From Vicinamibacterales bacterium (lineage in GTDB: Bacteria > Acidobacteriota > Vicinamibacteria > Vicinamibacterales > JAMQPK01), in contig CAVUTO010000008.1 of the NCBI GenBank assembly GCA_963744405.1, positions 25,163-89,162 on the forward strand: a stretch of 64,000 nucleotides of DNA, written 5' to 3'. Of this stretch, positions 10,183 to 20,832 are shown piece after piece. The translations under genes and the position numbers were made by a program. The notes under the pieces are model-generated. The model had not been told where the DNA came from and ran no database searches. It saw nothing but the letters and a program-made list of their open reading frames with translations. Every line of letters begins with the position of its first letter. The first letter of the stretch is position 1.

Positions 10183-13100
10183 ATGTTCGTCCCTCAACGC
10201 TTGAGCGATCTCGCCGAATCCGTCGCGGACGGCGCAACCCCCGACTGGGAGTCTGCGGAAAGCAGCGCTTCAGACAGAAGCGATCGCGAGACAATCGCAC
10301 GGCTGCGCGCCGTGGCGTCCGTTGGACGGTTTTTTGCCACGTTGAGCAGCCGCGCGCCAGCGGATAGCAAGGCAAAGGCTCTCCTGGCACCGGGCACCAT
10401 GTGGGGCGCGCTCCGCGTCATCGAGCACGTCGGGTGCGGCAGGTTTGGCGACGTGTACCGCGCGTGGGATGCCGCGCTGGACCGCGAAGTCGCCTTGAAG
10501 ATTCTGCGCGCGAACGTGGAGGATGCGGTCGAAACCGACATCGTGGAAGAGGGTCGGCTGATGGCACGCGTCCGCCATCCGAACGTCGTGACCATTCACG
10601 GCGCACAACGCATCGACGGCGCGACCGGCTTGTGGATGGAGTTCGTGAAAGGGCGCACGCTGGCCGCCGAACTGGCGGAGCGCGGGCCGTTCGGCGCCGA
10701 GGAGCTGGCTCGGGTCGGCGTTCAGTTGTGCCATGCGCTCTCCGCGGTCCACTCGGCGGGCCTCGTGCACCGCGACGTCAAGGCGCAAAACGTGCTGCGC
10801 GATGATGCAGGCCGCGTGGTGCTCGGCGATTTCGGTACCGGCCGCGAGCTCGAAGACGCATCATCCGCACCAGGCGCACTTGCAGGAACTCCTGCGTACG
10901 TTGCCCCTGAGTTGTTTGCCGGGGCGCACGTCACGCCACACAGTGACCTCTACAGTCTCGGCGTACTGCTGTTCCATCTCGCCACGCGCGCGTACCCGGT
11001 CGCCGGCAGGTCTCTGCGCGACCTGCGAGACGCTCACGCGAACAGCAAACGGACGCCGCTCCGCACGCTTCGCCCGGATTTGTCCAAACGGCTCGTGCGC
11101 GCGATCGAAAAGGCACTCGACGCCGATCCGGCCAACCGGTTCGAAAACGCGGAGTCGATGGCGCGTGCGCTCGAGGCCTGCGTCCCAGGTGCACCCGCGA
11201 AGCGCCGACTGCGCGTGCAATTGGCGGGCGTCGCATGCGTATTGGTCCTTGCGGCTGCTGCTTCAGCGTTTACGTGGCATGTCAGTCGAAGGACTCCGGC
11301 GGCCATTCCGTTTGCCGAACGAGATTTAGTGTTGGTCACGGCGTTCGACAATCGCACCGGTGATCCCTCACTCGACGGCGCTCTGGAATATGCACTCGAA
11401 CGAGAGCTCTCCAACTCGTCGTTCGTCAATGTCGTACCTCGTGGGCGCGTGGAAGATACATTGCAGCTGATGCGCAAGCCGACCGGCACGCGCGTTGACC
11501 TGACCATCGGCCGCGAGGTTGCGTTGCGGGATGGCAAGATCCGGGCCCTCATTGCAGGGCGCATCGACAGGGTCGGCGGCGTGTATTCGATGAGCGCGCG
11601 GATCGTGCACCCTGCAGACGAGGCAACTGCGGTGAGCGTGAATGAAGCAGCGATCGCGGCACCCGATCTCCTGCGCGCCGTCGGCCGCATCGCAGCCGGC
11701 ATCCGCGGCCAGCTGGGCGAAGCGCTGCCACCAGTCGACCCGAAAGGCGCTGAGCTTCAGAAGGTGGCCACGCAGTCGATGCGCGCGCTGCAGCTCTACT
11801 CGCAGGCGAAGGCCATGACGAACGACGGTTTCTTTCCCGCCGACCAGCGGACGCCTCGCGCAGTTGAGCTGCTGCTCAAGGACGCCTTGACGGAAGATCC
11901 AGACTTCGTGTGGGCGTATATATTGCTGGCGCACGCTGTTCACATTCAGGGCCGTAAGGGCGAGGTGATCCCATACCTCGAGCGCGCGGTTGCCGCGGCG
12001 GTACCTGGCGTCGATCGCTACATCGCTGAAGCTGAGCTCGATGGGTATCGAGGACAGTTTTCTACCGATGCTGCCGAGCGGACGCAGCACTTTGACAACG
12101 CACTCGCGAAATTCGACGCGGCGCTGCAGCTTCAGCCCGATCACTTCTGGGCTCTCAGCTGTGTGCTGAACATCACCGATGACCTCGGCCGACGAAACCG
12201 ACCCGAGCTCGTCAGACGCTGGGTCGGGCTGCGCCCGAACAATGTCACGGCTCTGAGCTTTGCCGCGCGCATTTCCATGACGGCGGGATATATGGCCGAC
12301 GCCAGGGAATACGCGACACGCGGCCGGGCCATCCTGAACGTTCCCGGTGGCGAACCAAATCCTCCGGGGGCCGAACTACTACGCCTTTTTCCCAGTCGAG
12401 ACGCGTGGGGACAGAAAAACTACCGGCAGGCATTGCTCGAAGCCGATGTCATCTTGAGAGATCCGCGATTTGCGTCGGGCGAGATCGGCAGCGGATACTC
12501 TCTTTTCTATCTCTATCTTCGGTTGGGACGGTGGGACCGTGTTGAAGAGCTTGCGTCGCGGATGCTGCCGCCGGTTACGGGCAGCCGGTTTCTCATCGTC
12601 GCGGCCAGCGAGCGTGGCAGTCGAGACGAGGTGCGCGACCTCATGACGAAACAGATCGCGAAATACGGTGAGGTTATCGGAGGCTCGTCAGTGCTCGCAA
12701 CTGAAGTTCTGTCGGCTCTCGTCGATGCGGGGATGCTCGACGTTGTTCGTCAAACGCAAGCCGCCATCACGAGGTCCGGGCGTCAGGACGGTCCGATGTT
12801 GTCGCAATTTGTCGAAGGGCTTCTCGCCTCAGCAGATGGACGCCTCGCCCACGCCATCCCGTTGTTTGAGCGCTCCATCCAACGACACGGCGCGGGCTCC
12901 TCGGTCGGCGCGCGCGCGTCACTGAAGCTGGCTGAGGCGTGGGTCACGGGCGGTGAGTCCGCTCGCGCGATCGCGGTTCTGGAAGAAGCCGCCAGGCAAG
13001 CCCCCGCGGAGATCTTTGCTTCCTCGCTCAGTCGCGTGCAGGACCAGCTTGCACAGCTCTACCGACGCGTCGGCCGAACCAGCGAGGCAGAGGCCATCGA

Positions 13101-13200
13101 GTCAGATCTCAGACACCTTCTCGCTGTGGCACCAGACGATCATCCGATCAAACGGCGATTGATCCGTACGCCAACACCGATCGTAGCCGTTCGTCACTGA
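10183..13200 (+). CDS. Membrane Ser/Thr protein kinase with extracytoplasmic TPR region
   Basis: GxGxFG, VALK, HRDVKAQN, DFG, GTPAYVAPE, SDLYSLG, a TM helix (LAGVACVLVLAAAASAFTW), then FDNRTGDPSLD and helical TPR-like repeats. Likely start MFVPQRL. Confidence 0.9.
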   Translation: MFVPQRLSDLAESVADGATPDWESAESSASDRSDRETIARLRAVASVGRFFATLSSRAPADSKAKALLAPGTMWGALRVIEHVGCGRFGDVYRAWDAALDREVALKILRANVEDAVETDIVEEGRLMARVRHPNVVTIHGAQRIDGATGLWMEFVKGRTLAAELAERGPFGAEELARVGVQLCHALSAVHSAGLVHRDVKAQNVLRDDAGRVVLGDFGTGRELEDASSAPGALAGTPAYVAPELFAGAHVTPHSDLYSLGVLLFHLATRAYPVAGRSLRDLRDAHANSKRTPLRTLRPDLSKRLVRAIEKALDADPANRFENAESMARALEACVPGAPAKRRLRVQLAGVACVLVLAAAASAFTWHVSRRTPAAIPFAERDLVLVTAFDNRTGDPSLDGALEYALERELSNSSFVNVVPRGRVEDTLQLMRKPTGTRVDLTIGREVALRDGKIRALIAGRIDRVGGVYSMSARIVHPADEATAVSVNEAAIAAPDLLRAVGRIAAGIRGQLGEALPPVDPKGAELQKVATQSMRALQLYSQAKAMTNDGFFPADQRTPRAVELLLKDALTEDPDFVWAYILLAHAVHIQGRKGEVIPYLERAVAAAVPGVDRYIAEAELDGYRGQFSTDAAERTQHFDNALAKFDAALQLQPDHFWALSCVLNITDDLGRRNRPELVRRWVGLRPNNVTALSFAARISMTAGYMADAREYATRGRAILNVPGGEPNPPGAELLRLFPSRDAWGQKNYRQALLEADVILRDPRFASGEIGSGYSLFYLYLRLGRWDRVEELASRMLPPVTGSRFLIVAASERGSRDEVRDLMTKQIAKYGEVIGGSSVLATEVLSALVDAGMLDVVRQTQAAITRSGRQDGPMLSQFVEGLLASADGRLAHAIPLFERSIQRHGAGSSVGARASLKLAEAWVTGGESARAIAVLEEAARQAPAEIFASSLSRVQDQLAQLYRRVGRTSEAEAIESDLRHLLAVAPDDHPIKRRLIRTPTPIVAVRH

Positions 13201-14429
13201 GAGACGAGCGTCGCCGGTACTATGTTGTGGTTTACCATGAACAAATTATCGGGGTCGTACTTGCGCTTGATCGCCGCCAGCCGTTCGTAGTTCTGCCCGT
13301 ACGCGGCACGCACGCGCGTGTCGCCATCGTCCGTGTCAAGGTGGTTGCTGTAGACGCCTCGGGTGAACCGCTCCGCTTCTTTCCAGAAGCTTCGCGCCCA
13401 GCCTATGTGCCGTATGTCCTCGCCCGGCGCCTGCCATTGAGGGATGATGTCGAAATCCCACTGCTCAGCGCGCGCGCCGAACGCGGTCATGTCACTCGCC
13501 GCCCTCGATGCCTTGCCGTGCATATGCAGGATCAAAATCAGCGAGTACGGCGATGTCTTGGCAGCCGCATGCTGGAGAATCACATCGAACAAGTCTTCTG
13601 ACAGCTCGGGGAAGTAACCGGACTTCCAGTAACGGCGCAAACCCGCGGGCACAGCGGAATCGAACATGGTCTGCAGATCGCGGTATGAGATCTGTCCGAT
13701 CAGGTCAGCGACGGGAGACCCGAACTTCCTGAGCGGAGCGAGCTGCTTTTCAGCCTGCTCGGCTGGACCGAACCACGACGCTATGATGGCGACGACGTCG
13801 AGGCCATCAGGCGTCGTCAGGAGGCCGGCGAAGGCAGTCAGGTCGTCCGACGCGTTGTGCGAATAGTCCCGATAGAACCGCAGGACCTCGCGGGCTTGAT
13901 CCATCGGATACAGCACCATTCCTCCCGCAAACGACGGTGCCATCGTATGCAACTGGTACTCGAACGACGTCACAACACCGAAGTTTCCACCGCCGCCGCC
14001 GAGCGCCCAGAAGAGATCCTCGTGTTGCAAGACGTTTGCGGTCAGCAGTCGACCGTCGGCAAGGACTACGTCGGCAGATATCAGGTTGTCGGACGCCAGA
14101 CCGTGGCGGGCCATCTGCCATCCCAGCCCTCCGCCGAGGGTCAAACCCGCAATCCCGGTCGATGAGACCATTCCGCCAGTCGTCGCCAGGCCAAAGGACA
14201 ACGCTTCTCGATCCAGCTCTCCCCATGTGACTCCCGCTTCTGCGCGCACCGTGCGCGCCGCGGCATCTACCCGAATGCCTCGCATCAAAGACAGATCGAT
14301 CGTCAGCCCGCCATCACAGAGCGCCAGGCCGGCGACGTTGTGGCCACCCCCACGCACAGACAGCAGCAACCCATGTTCACGCGCGAAATTTACCGCGGTG
14401 ATGACATCTGCCGCCCCGCGGCTGGAAGT
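13194..14429 (-). pseudogene. FAD-binding oxidoreductase (BBE / 6-hydroxy-D-nicotine oxidase-like), 5'-truncated
   Basis: SVRGGGHNVAG, GLTLGGGLG, GGGGNFGVVT, and BBE tail AYGQNYERLAAIKRKYDPDNLF. An in-frame stop lies just before SRGAADVITAVNFAR, so the usual N-terminal segment is missing. Confidence 0.7.
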
Positions 14430-14453
14430 TCAAATCGCACAAGCAAGACTTAC

Positions 14454-15317
14454 CTATCCCTCCCGGATGGTTCCCGAAAGCGACTCGAGAAAGCGAATCA
14501 GTGACCGTTTCTCTTCGCCGGTGAGGCGCAAAGGCCGAATATCCGGATCGAGGTATGGGTTCTTGCGGCCGCCGTCACTGTAGAACTCAACGACGTTCGC
14601 GAGTGTCGCGAGGCTACCGTCGTGCATGTAGGGCGCCGTGCGCACAACCTCACGCAATGTCGGCGTCTTGAACGTGCCATTCGCGCGTCCCTCGTCCTGT
14701 AGTCTGGAGTTCTGCCATGCAACACCGGTGTTGTGGAAGCGCTCGTCGCTGAATGTCGGCCCGACATGGCAAGCGGTGCAGTTGCCGCGACCGCGAAAGA
14801 TCTGCATGCCGAGCTGCTGTTCGTCCGTCAGCGCGCGTCGAGCGCCGCTGATGAACCGATCGTAAGGTGAGTTTCCCGACAGAATGCTCCGGACGTAGGT
14901 CGCAAGCGCCTGCGAAATCGCGGACGTGCTCAGGCCGACGCGCGCCGACGCCTCGTCGAGTGTGAGATCCATTTCGTTCGGATCCTGTATGGGTTTGAGG
15001 ACCTGTTCTTCGAGCGTCGTGATTCGGCCGTCCCAGAAGAACGAGCGACCGTAGCCTCGATTGATGAGGGCGGGCGCATGCCGCCGCCCGACGCGGCCGA
15101 AGACGCCGACGGCGAGCGGACGGCCGTCGGAGAACGCGCGGTCAGGATCATGACAGCTTGCGCATGCGACGCTGCCGCTGCGCGACAGCCGGCGATCGTT
15201 AAAGAGCTTTCTCCCGAGCGCCAGCTTTGAAGGAGTTATCGGATTGCCCTCTGGGACCGGCATGTACAGATCCAGTCCCAGAGGGATCGTGAGCATAAGG
15301 GCGAGCAACATGACCAT
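14454..15317 (-). CDS. Di-heme cytochrome c peroxidase / MauG family protein
   Basis: LGRKLFND.RLS, CASCH, FWDGR, CTACH, FKTPTLR...TAPYMHDG. Confidence 0.88.
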   Translation of the reverse strand: MVMLLALMLTIPLGLDLYMPVPEGNPITPSKLALGRKLFNDRRLSRSGSVACASCHDPDRAFSDGRPLAVGVFGRVGRRHAPALINRGYGRSFFWDGRITTLEEQVLKPIQDPNEMDLTLDEASARVGLSTSAISQALATYVRSILSGNSPYDRFISGARRALTDEQQLGMQIFRGRGNCTACHVGPTFSDERFHNTGVAWQNSRLQDEGRANGTFKTPTLREVVRTAPYMHDGSLATLANVVEFYSDGGRKNPYLDPDIRPLRLTGEEKRSLIRFLESLSGTIREG

Positions 15318-15353
15318 CAGAGTCCGTTCAGCAAGCGTCAGTCTGAACCGCTT

Positions 15354-15393
15354 CTGTCAGAGCGTGATGGGGTCAGGGTCAGGTTTCTGTCAC
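15354..15393 (-). promoter_or_regulatory. Phased GTCA box array upstream of the peroxidase
   Basis: GTCA at 15356, 15378 and 15389 (spacing 22 and 11). Confidence 0.6.
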
Positions 15394-15397
15394 GAGA

Positions 15398-17467
15398 TCA
15401 TTTCACCGTCGGGGCCGGCAGAAAGTTGTCGAGCACCCAGACCTCGCTCATGGCCTCACCGGTTGCATACGCTATTTGCCGGCCGCTCGGATGGACGCTC
15501 ACAGCTCCAAGCCCGCGGCGATGGATATCGCCCTCTATCGTCCGTGCTGGACCTCCGTCGGTCGGGACCAGCAGCAGTTCGCGTCCGTTCTTTCCTGCTG
15601 CCGTCACTATCAGGTTTCGCCCATCCGGCGCCCAACTCAGTCCCTGGACGGACCAGCCCTCGGTCAGCCGAAGCTCTCGCGATGCTCCGCCATTCGTTGA
15701 AATCAGCACTATTGCCGGGTCGTTCGGTATGCCCTCACGTCTTGCACTCGCAAATAGACTACCGTCCGGAGCGAGCCTCATCACCCGCGGGCCCGGCGCG
15801 CGCAGAATCTCACGCTGCATGCCAGAAGTCAGATCGCCCTCCACGAAGGTCGAGCCTGGGCGGCCAGGGCAGTTGGTCCCCACCCAAAAGTAGATCTTCT
15901 TTCCATCCGGCGACCATTCCGGGGCACCTGCGCAGGCACCCTCTTCGAACGGAAGCCGAGAGACGTGTCCGGTCTCAACGTCGACTTGATAGATTCCGCC
16001 CGCTCCTTTGAGATCCTGGCCCTTCACCAGCAGCGACCGTCCATCTGGCGCCCAATGCATCGGTCCAAAATAGCGCATCGCGACGTTCAGCTCGCGGGTA
16101 TCACCGGTCTCGAGCGTGCGAACAACGATGACACGATTGCGTTCGCTTCCATCTCGACCAGAGATGTACGCCAGATGCTTCCCGTCGCGGGACCACGCCG
16201 GCAGGATATTGCGTCCAACAAAGCTTCGAACGACGCTCGCGGGCGTACCCACCACTTTTCCTGCCGCCAGATCGATTGCGGCGACCTGAACGTCCTGAAC
16301 GCCCACGGTCGCCACCACAAACAACGAGCCGGATCGGCTGATCCCCAATGATGCGGGTGCGATGTCTGACTTGACGAGCACAGGCGCGCCGATGGTCCGT
16401 CCATCCGAGACAGCCACCGACCACAAGCCGGGTGCTCCGCTTCGATCGCTTGAAAAGAGGAGATGTCGCCCGTCTGGCGACCAGCCCATCATGATGTCGC
16501 GACCCGGGTGAACCACGACTGGTGTCTCGCGACTGCCGTCGACTGCCAGCACGAACACGTCGCGTTCGTTTCTTTTCGAATCGTCAAGCGTTAGATCCAT
16601 CCCGATGTATCTACCGTCTGGCGAGAGAAACAACCCGAGCGCACTGCCCCAATCAGTGGTTTTCAGAACCCGCAGAGATCTTTCCTTAACAGAAACCAAG
16701 CCGATCTGTGCGCTGCGATCTTTGCGGAACACCCGCACCAACACCAATTCGCCGTCAGGAGTCCAATCCGACGGCACGATGTAATCGATGTCCTGGCTGT
16801 CGAGAATCGTGCGTGGCTGTGTGTCGGTTGTCTGCAGACCTGTCAAGCGCAGCTCGTAGCCATCTTTTCCATTGAACCATGCGTACGCGACATGTTTTCC
16901 GTCTCGCGAAATGGCCGACCCTTGGGCATACTGGTCTCCGGCCCATCCATTGTTCGTCAGCAATCGGTCGGTCCCCGTCGCAAAGTCGTGAAGGCCAAGA
17001 TCGCCGGTCTCCCAGGCCGGGCACGTGATGTAGCGGCCGTCGAATGAGATGCCGCATTCATCCGAGGAAATATTCGGTCCGGACCATGCCTTTCGATGAG
17101 CCATTGTCTTCGCCGTGCCTGCCTGCTCTTCGCCCAGCCGCGCGCGTGCAATAGACGCAGGTTCCTTCTGATCTGCATAATCACGAACCAGCCGCTCGTA
17201 AATCCTCCGTGACTCCGCATCGCCGAGCTTCTGATAGCACTCGGCCATGCGCAGCAACGCCTGTGCGGTAATCGTCCGATTCGTATCAGCTGCCGCGACG
17301 ATTCGTTGGTACTCCTCGATCGCACCCGGAAGGTCGCCGTCAACCGTCGCTTTGTGATGCGCGCGGGCGAGCTGCTTCTCGAGCTGCGCGGCGCCCTGCT
17401 GTGCTCCCGTCGTCTGCAGCGCCGCGATGAGCAGCGCCGAAACGCACATGACAGACAGTTTGTTCAT
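15398..17467 (-). CDS. Secreted TPR + PD40/TolB-like beta-propeller protein (module 1)
   Basis: Signal peptide MNKLSVMCVSALLIAAL, TPR-like ALLRMAECYQKLGD, many (W)SPDG repeats, C-terminal EVWVLDNFLP. GGAG RBS. Confidence 0.85.
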   Translation of the reverse strand: MNKLSVMCVSALLIAALQTTGAQQGAAQLEKQLARAHHKATVDGDLPGAIEEYQRIVAAADTNRTITAQALLRMAECYQKLGDAESRRIYERLVRDYADQKEPASIARARLGEEQAGTAKTMAHRKAWSGPNISSDECGISFDGRYITCPAWETGDLGLHDFATGTDRLLTNNGWAGDQYAQGSAISRDGKHVAYAWFNGKDGYELRLTGLQTTDTQPRTILDSQDIDYIVPSDWTPDGELVLVRVFRKDRSAQIGLVSVKERSLRVLKTTDWGSALGLFLSPDGRYIGMDLTLDDSKRNERDVFVLAVDGSRETPVVVHPGRDIMMGWSPDGRHLLFSSDRSGAPGLWSVAVSDGRTIGAPVLVKSDIAPASLGISRSGSLFVVATVGVQDVQVAAIDLAAGKVVGTPASVVRSFVGRNILPAWSRDGKHLAYISGRDGSERNRVIVVRTLETGDTRELNVAMRYFGPMHWAPDGRSLLVKGQDLKGAGGIYQVDVETGHVSRLPFEEGACAGAPEWSPDGKKIYFWVGTNCPGRPGSTFVEGDLTSGMQREILRAPGPRVMRLAPDGSLFASARREGIPNDPAIVLISTNGGASRELRLTEGWSVQGLSWAPDGRNLIVTAAGKNGRELLLVPTDGGPARTIEGDIHRRGLGAVSVHPSGRQIAYATGEAMSEVWVLDNFLPAPTVK

Positions 17468-17523
17468 GGTGTCACTCCTCGCGCGAAGACTACCGGACGG
17501 GCATGCGGAATCTCGCTCCACTA

Positions 17524-17541
17524 CTGTCAGCTTTACGTCAG
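17524..17541 (-). promoter_or_regulatory. Phased GTCA box pair upstream of PD40 gene 1
   Basis: CTGTCAG...CGTCAG with GTCA at 17526 and 17537. Confidence 0.55.
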
Positions 17542-17544
17542 GTT

Positions 17545-18222
17545 TCACGCGTCGAACCTGTACCCGAGACCGCGAACGTTGCGCAGATATCGAGGCTCCG
17601 CCGCGTCCGGCTCGAGCTTCTTGCGAAGGCTGCCGATGTGGTTGTCGACCACGCGATCGGAGACGAACGTATTCGGACCCCAGGCGTCCGTAATCAACTG
17701 CTGCCGGGTGAGAATGCGCCCTCGGGCGCGGAGGAATGCCTGCAACAGGCGGAATTCGAGCGGCGTCAGCGGCGTGATCTCTTCTCCGCGTCTGATCTCC
17801 GCGCGATCGAAATCGACCTCGACGTCACCGACATGCACCAGGGGCGCTACAGCGCCGGCCTGGCTTCGACGTAAGAGAGCCGCGATTCGCGCTCTCAACT
17901 CGCGCGCGCTGAAGGGCTTCGTCACATAGTCGTCAGCGCCGGCTTCGAGACCCAGCACTTTCTCGGCTTCCTGGGCCCGCGCGGTGAGCATCAGAATAGG
18001 CGTCCTGATGCCGTTGCGGCGCAGCTCGCGGCACACCTCGAATCCGTCTTTTCCAGGAAGCATCACGTCGAGCAGGATGGCGTCGTAGGGCTGCTCCCGC
18101 GCTTTCCTCGCGGCGGCAAGGCCGTCGCCGATGACCTCGACCTGGTATCCCTCGAGTGTCAGATCGTCCTCGAGCGCCAGGGCAATACCGGGCTCGTCTT
18201 CGACGACGAGAATTTTCGTCAC
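17545..18222 (-). CDS. OmpR/PhoB-family response regulator (module 1)
   Basis: KILVVEDE, LLDVMLPGKDG, GADDYVTKPF, winged helix VVDNHIGSLRKKLE...RGLGYRF. Confidence 0.95.
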   Translation of the reverse strand: MTKILVVEDEPGIALALEDDLTLEGYQVEVIGDGLAAARKAREQPYDAILLDVMLPGKDGFEVCRELRRNGIRTPILMLTARAQEAEKVLGLEAGADDYVTKPFSARELRARIAALLRRSQAGAVAPLVHVGDVEVDFDRAEIRRGEEITPLTPLEFRLLQAFLRARGRILTRQQLITDAWGPNTFVSDRVVDNHIGSLRKKLEPDAAEPRYLRNVRGLGYRFDA

Positions 18223-20144
18223 GAAGACACTCCAGCCTCGTGTCTCGTAGTGCCGACCTTCAGGTCGGCCGTTTCCAGCGGAAGCACCAGCGTAAAGACG
18301 CTGCCACGCTGGATCTCGCTCTCCAGCCGGATTTCCCCGCCATGCGCGAGAGCGATTTCCTGCACCATCGACAGTCCGACGCCGGTCCCCTTGATGTTCG
18401 CCTCAATGGCCGAACGTCCGCGGACAAACTTGCGGAAGATCGCCTGCTGCTCCGAGGGCGGAATGCCGACGCCGCGATCGGCGACGCATATCGCCGCGTG
18501 ATTGTTTTCCGTCTTCCAGTGCACCCGCACCGTCGAATCATTCGGCGAGTACTTGAGGGCGTTGTCGATCAGATTTCGTAGCGCGAGCGCCAGCGCGCCG
18601 GCATCGCCTCGCAATCGAACCTCCGCGTCGGGCCCGTTGATCTCGATGTGTCTGCCGGCTTCGCGCGCATGCGGCTCGATCTCATGAACGACATTTCGCA
18701 CGAGCTCGCCCGCATCGAGGCCCGCGAACTGGTAGCGCACGGCGCCCGCTTCCATACGCCCGAAGTTGAGCAGCGTCTCGACAAGGCGTTGAAGGCGGGC
18801 GGCCTCGCTCGCGATGACGCGGTAATACTTACGCCGCCGCTCTTCGGACGGGAGCCGATCTGTTTCCAGCATCTCGGCCATCTGCCGAACCGTGGTGAGC
18901 GGCGAGCGGAACTCGTGCGAGACGGCAGCAACGAAATCTGACTGCAGGCGCGCCACTTCGGCCTCACGGCGAATCGCACGGGCGATGAAGTACGACGCAC
19001 CCCACACGAACACCAGCATGGCCGCCATCATCGCGAGCAGAACCGTTCGATTGCTGGCGGCATCTCCGAGAGGCTGCGCAGCCGTGCTCCATGTGTGCAC
19101 GGTCCAGGGATATTCCGAATTGCCCAGAATGCGCGCCGCCGACTGCGCTGGTGCCGCTGCGTCTCCCACGATCGCCTCACCGCCGGCGTCCGCGAGCCGC
19201 CAGGTAAGTCCTTCTGGCGCAGAAGCCTTGAAAAACGTGCCCGCAAATGCCGACAGCAGGACGGTCCGATCGCCGCTGGACCGCCACAAGACAAGCACGC
19301 TTCCTCGATCCGTCTTCAACACTCGGTGGCCGCGTGCCGGCAAACGGGCGTTCCCATTGGTGAACGTTTCGTAGAGCGCTTCCGCGAGATGCCAGGAATC
19401 CGGCCGTGGCGACACACCGAGCTCGTCGCGATGAAACTCTGCAAGGCCGCGCGTGATCGGCCATCTTCCGCGATCGAGCTGGGCAACCAGCTCAAAGGCC
19501 ACCCGCGCCGCATTTTCGCGATCTCCCATGGCCAGCAATGTCGCGCGTTGCCCCTCGAGCCCCGCAAGTTCGGCCGGTAGGCCCTCTACCCATATGCCGC
19601 CGGACGAAGCCAGCGCGCGATATGCCTCTTGCGCTCCCGAGAAGTCTCTCGACTTGCGCAACACTCGGCCCAGCCGCAGCAACGCGCCCGCGCGAACATG
19701 AGGGTCTGCATCGCGCGTCAACCTTCGATATCGCTCCGCCACTCCCGGGTTTGCTGGCTCGCCGAACTCAATTGCTTCTATCCTGGAAAACTCGGCTGAA
19801 GGGGCTGCGCTTCGCGGCGAGATGGGCACGTACGGCAGGCCGTTCGGTGGCATCGTCCATGTTTTGTCCCCATCAATCGCAACGAGGACGGCGCCGTCGA
19901 GCGGCTGCAGTGGCGCTGCTGGATCTGAAAGCCATCCGGCAAGCCGTTCGCCTGCCTCTGCGAGTCTGCCGCGTATGCCGGCGGCGATGGCTTCGGCGCG
20001 GTTTTCGAGCTGCTCCCGTTCGCGCTGCCTGTCGATAGTGCGCTGTTGATCCAGCAGCCGCCAGCCAGCCCAGCAGATCGCTACCGTGACGACGAGCGTC
20101 GTCGCCGCGAGCACGGCGAGCAGGCGATGCGGCGGGCGGAACAC
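18219..20144 (-). CDS. Sensor histidine kinase with periplasmic TPR-like domain (module 1)
   Basis: Two TM helices, H-box SHEFRSPL, NLIDNALKYS, DRGVGI, GTGVGL. Confidence 0.93.
   Translation of the reverse strand: MFRPPHRLLAVLAATTLVVTVAICWAGWRLLDQQRTIDRQREREQLENRAEAIAAGIRGRLAEAGERLAGWLSDPAAPLQPLDGAVLVAIDGDKTWTMPPNGLPYVPISPRSAAPSAEFSRIEAIEFGEPANPGVAERYRRLTRDADPHVRAGALLRLGRVLRKSRDFSGAQEAYRALASSGGIWVEGLPAELAGLEGQRATLLAMGDRENAARVAFELVAQLDRGRWPITRGLAEFHRDELGVSPRPDSWHLAEALYETFTNGNARLPARGHRVLKTDRGSVLVLWRSSGDRTVLLSAFAGTFFKASAPEGLTWRLADAGGEAIVGDAAAPAQSAARILGNSEYPWTVHTWSTAAQPLGDAASNRTVLLAMMAAMLVFVWGASYFIARAIRREAEVARLQSDFVAAVSHEFRSPLTTVRQMAEMLETDRLPSEERRRKYYRVIASEAARLQRLVETLLNFGRMEAGAVRYQFAGLDAGELVRNVVHEIEPHAREAGRHIEINGPDAEVRLRGDAGALALALRNLIDNALKYSPNDSTVRVHWKTENNHAAICVADRGVGIPPSEQQAIFRKFVRGRSAIEANIKGTGVGLSMVQEIALAHGGEIRLESEIQRGSVFTLVLPLETADLKVGTTRHEAGVSS
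18247..18269. repeat. Single GTAG REP inside the 3' end of the kinase gene
   Basis: GTAGTGCCGACCTTCAGGTCGGC, encoding ADLKVGTT. Confidence 0.7.
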
Positions 20145-20180
20145 GGGCCACCGTATCTTAGTTGGCTCCTGTGTCCGCCG

Positions 20181-20220
20181 GCGTCAGAGAAGTGTCAGCT
20201 TTGTGTCAGGCCGGCGGTCA
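20181..20220 (-). promoter_or_regulatory. Phased GTCA box array upstream of kinase 1
   Basis: GTCA at 20183, 20194, 20205 and 20217. Confidence 0.65.
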
Positions 20221-20274
20221 CGGCCCAGTTCTTGTGTGCGGATCGTCCTGCGAGACGATGGTAGGATTTGCGAT

Positions 20275-20832
20275 ATGGGTCGCAGCCGCGAGATGTCGGT
20301 GGAGGACCTGTATCAGGTGGGCGAGGACCGGAAGGCCGAGCTGGTCGACGGCAGACTGGTCGTCATGACTCCAGGCGGCGGGTTGCACGGATACGCCTGC
20401 GGCCTCATTTATGCCAGCCTTCTTGACCACGCACGGCGCATGAAGCGCGGCATTGCCCTGCCGGACAACGTCGGCTTCATCGTCAACCTGCCGAATCGTC
20501 GCTCGTTCAGTCCGGACGTGACGTTCTGGACTGGCGGACCGCTGACGTCGAAGTTTGTCGACGGCGCGCCGATCTTCGCGGTTGAGGTGCGCACCGAAAG
20601 CGACCACGGATCGACAAGCGACCTGGCGTTTGCGGCGAAACGCCTCGACTACTTCGCCGCAGGCACGCTGGTCGTGTGGGACGTGGACATCCTGCAAAGG
20701 CAGGTTGTCGATGTCTATCGTTCCACGGCTCCAACTGTGCCGACGACCTATAGCCGGGGAACATATGCGGAAGCCGAACCCGCGGTCCCCGGCTGGTCTA
20801 TGCCGGTCGATGATTTGTTTCCGCCTACTTAG
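20275..20832 (+). CDS. Uma2 family (PD-(D/E)XK-like) endonuclease
   Basis: KAELVDGRLVVMTP, SPDV, APIFAVEVR, KRLDYFAAGTLVVWDVD, EPAVPGW. Confidence 0.88.
   Translation: MGRSREMSVEDLYQVGEDRKAELVDGRLVVMTPGGGLHGYACGLIYASLLDHARRMKRGIALPDNVGFIVNLPNRRSFSPDVTFWTGGPLTSKFVDGAPIFAVEVRTESDHGSTSDLAFAAKRLDYFAAGTLVVWDVDILQRQVVDVYRSTAPTVPTTYSRGTYAEAEPAVPGWSMPVDDLFPPT

Noticed and set aside
20275-20832. Uma2 nuclease as a defence system or cassette mobiliser
   Set aside because: A standalone member of a widespread family with no partner genes or target-site evidence.
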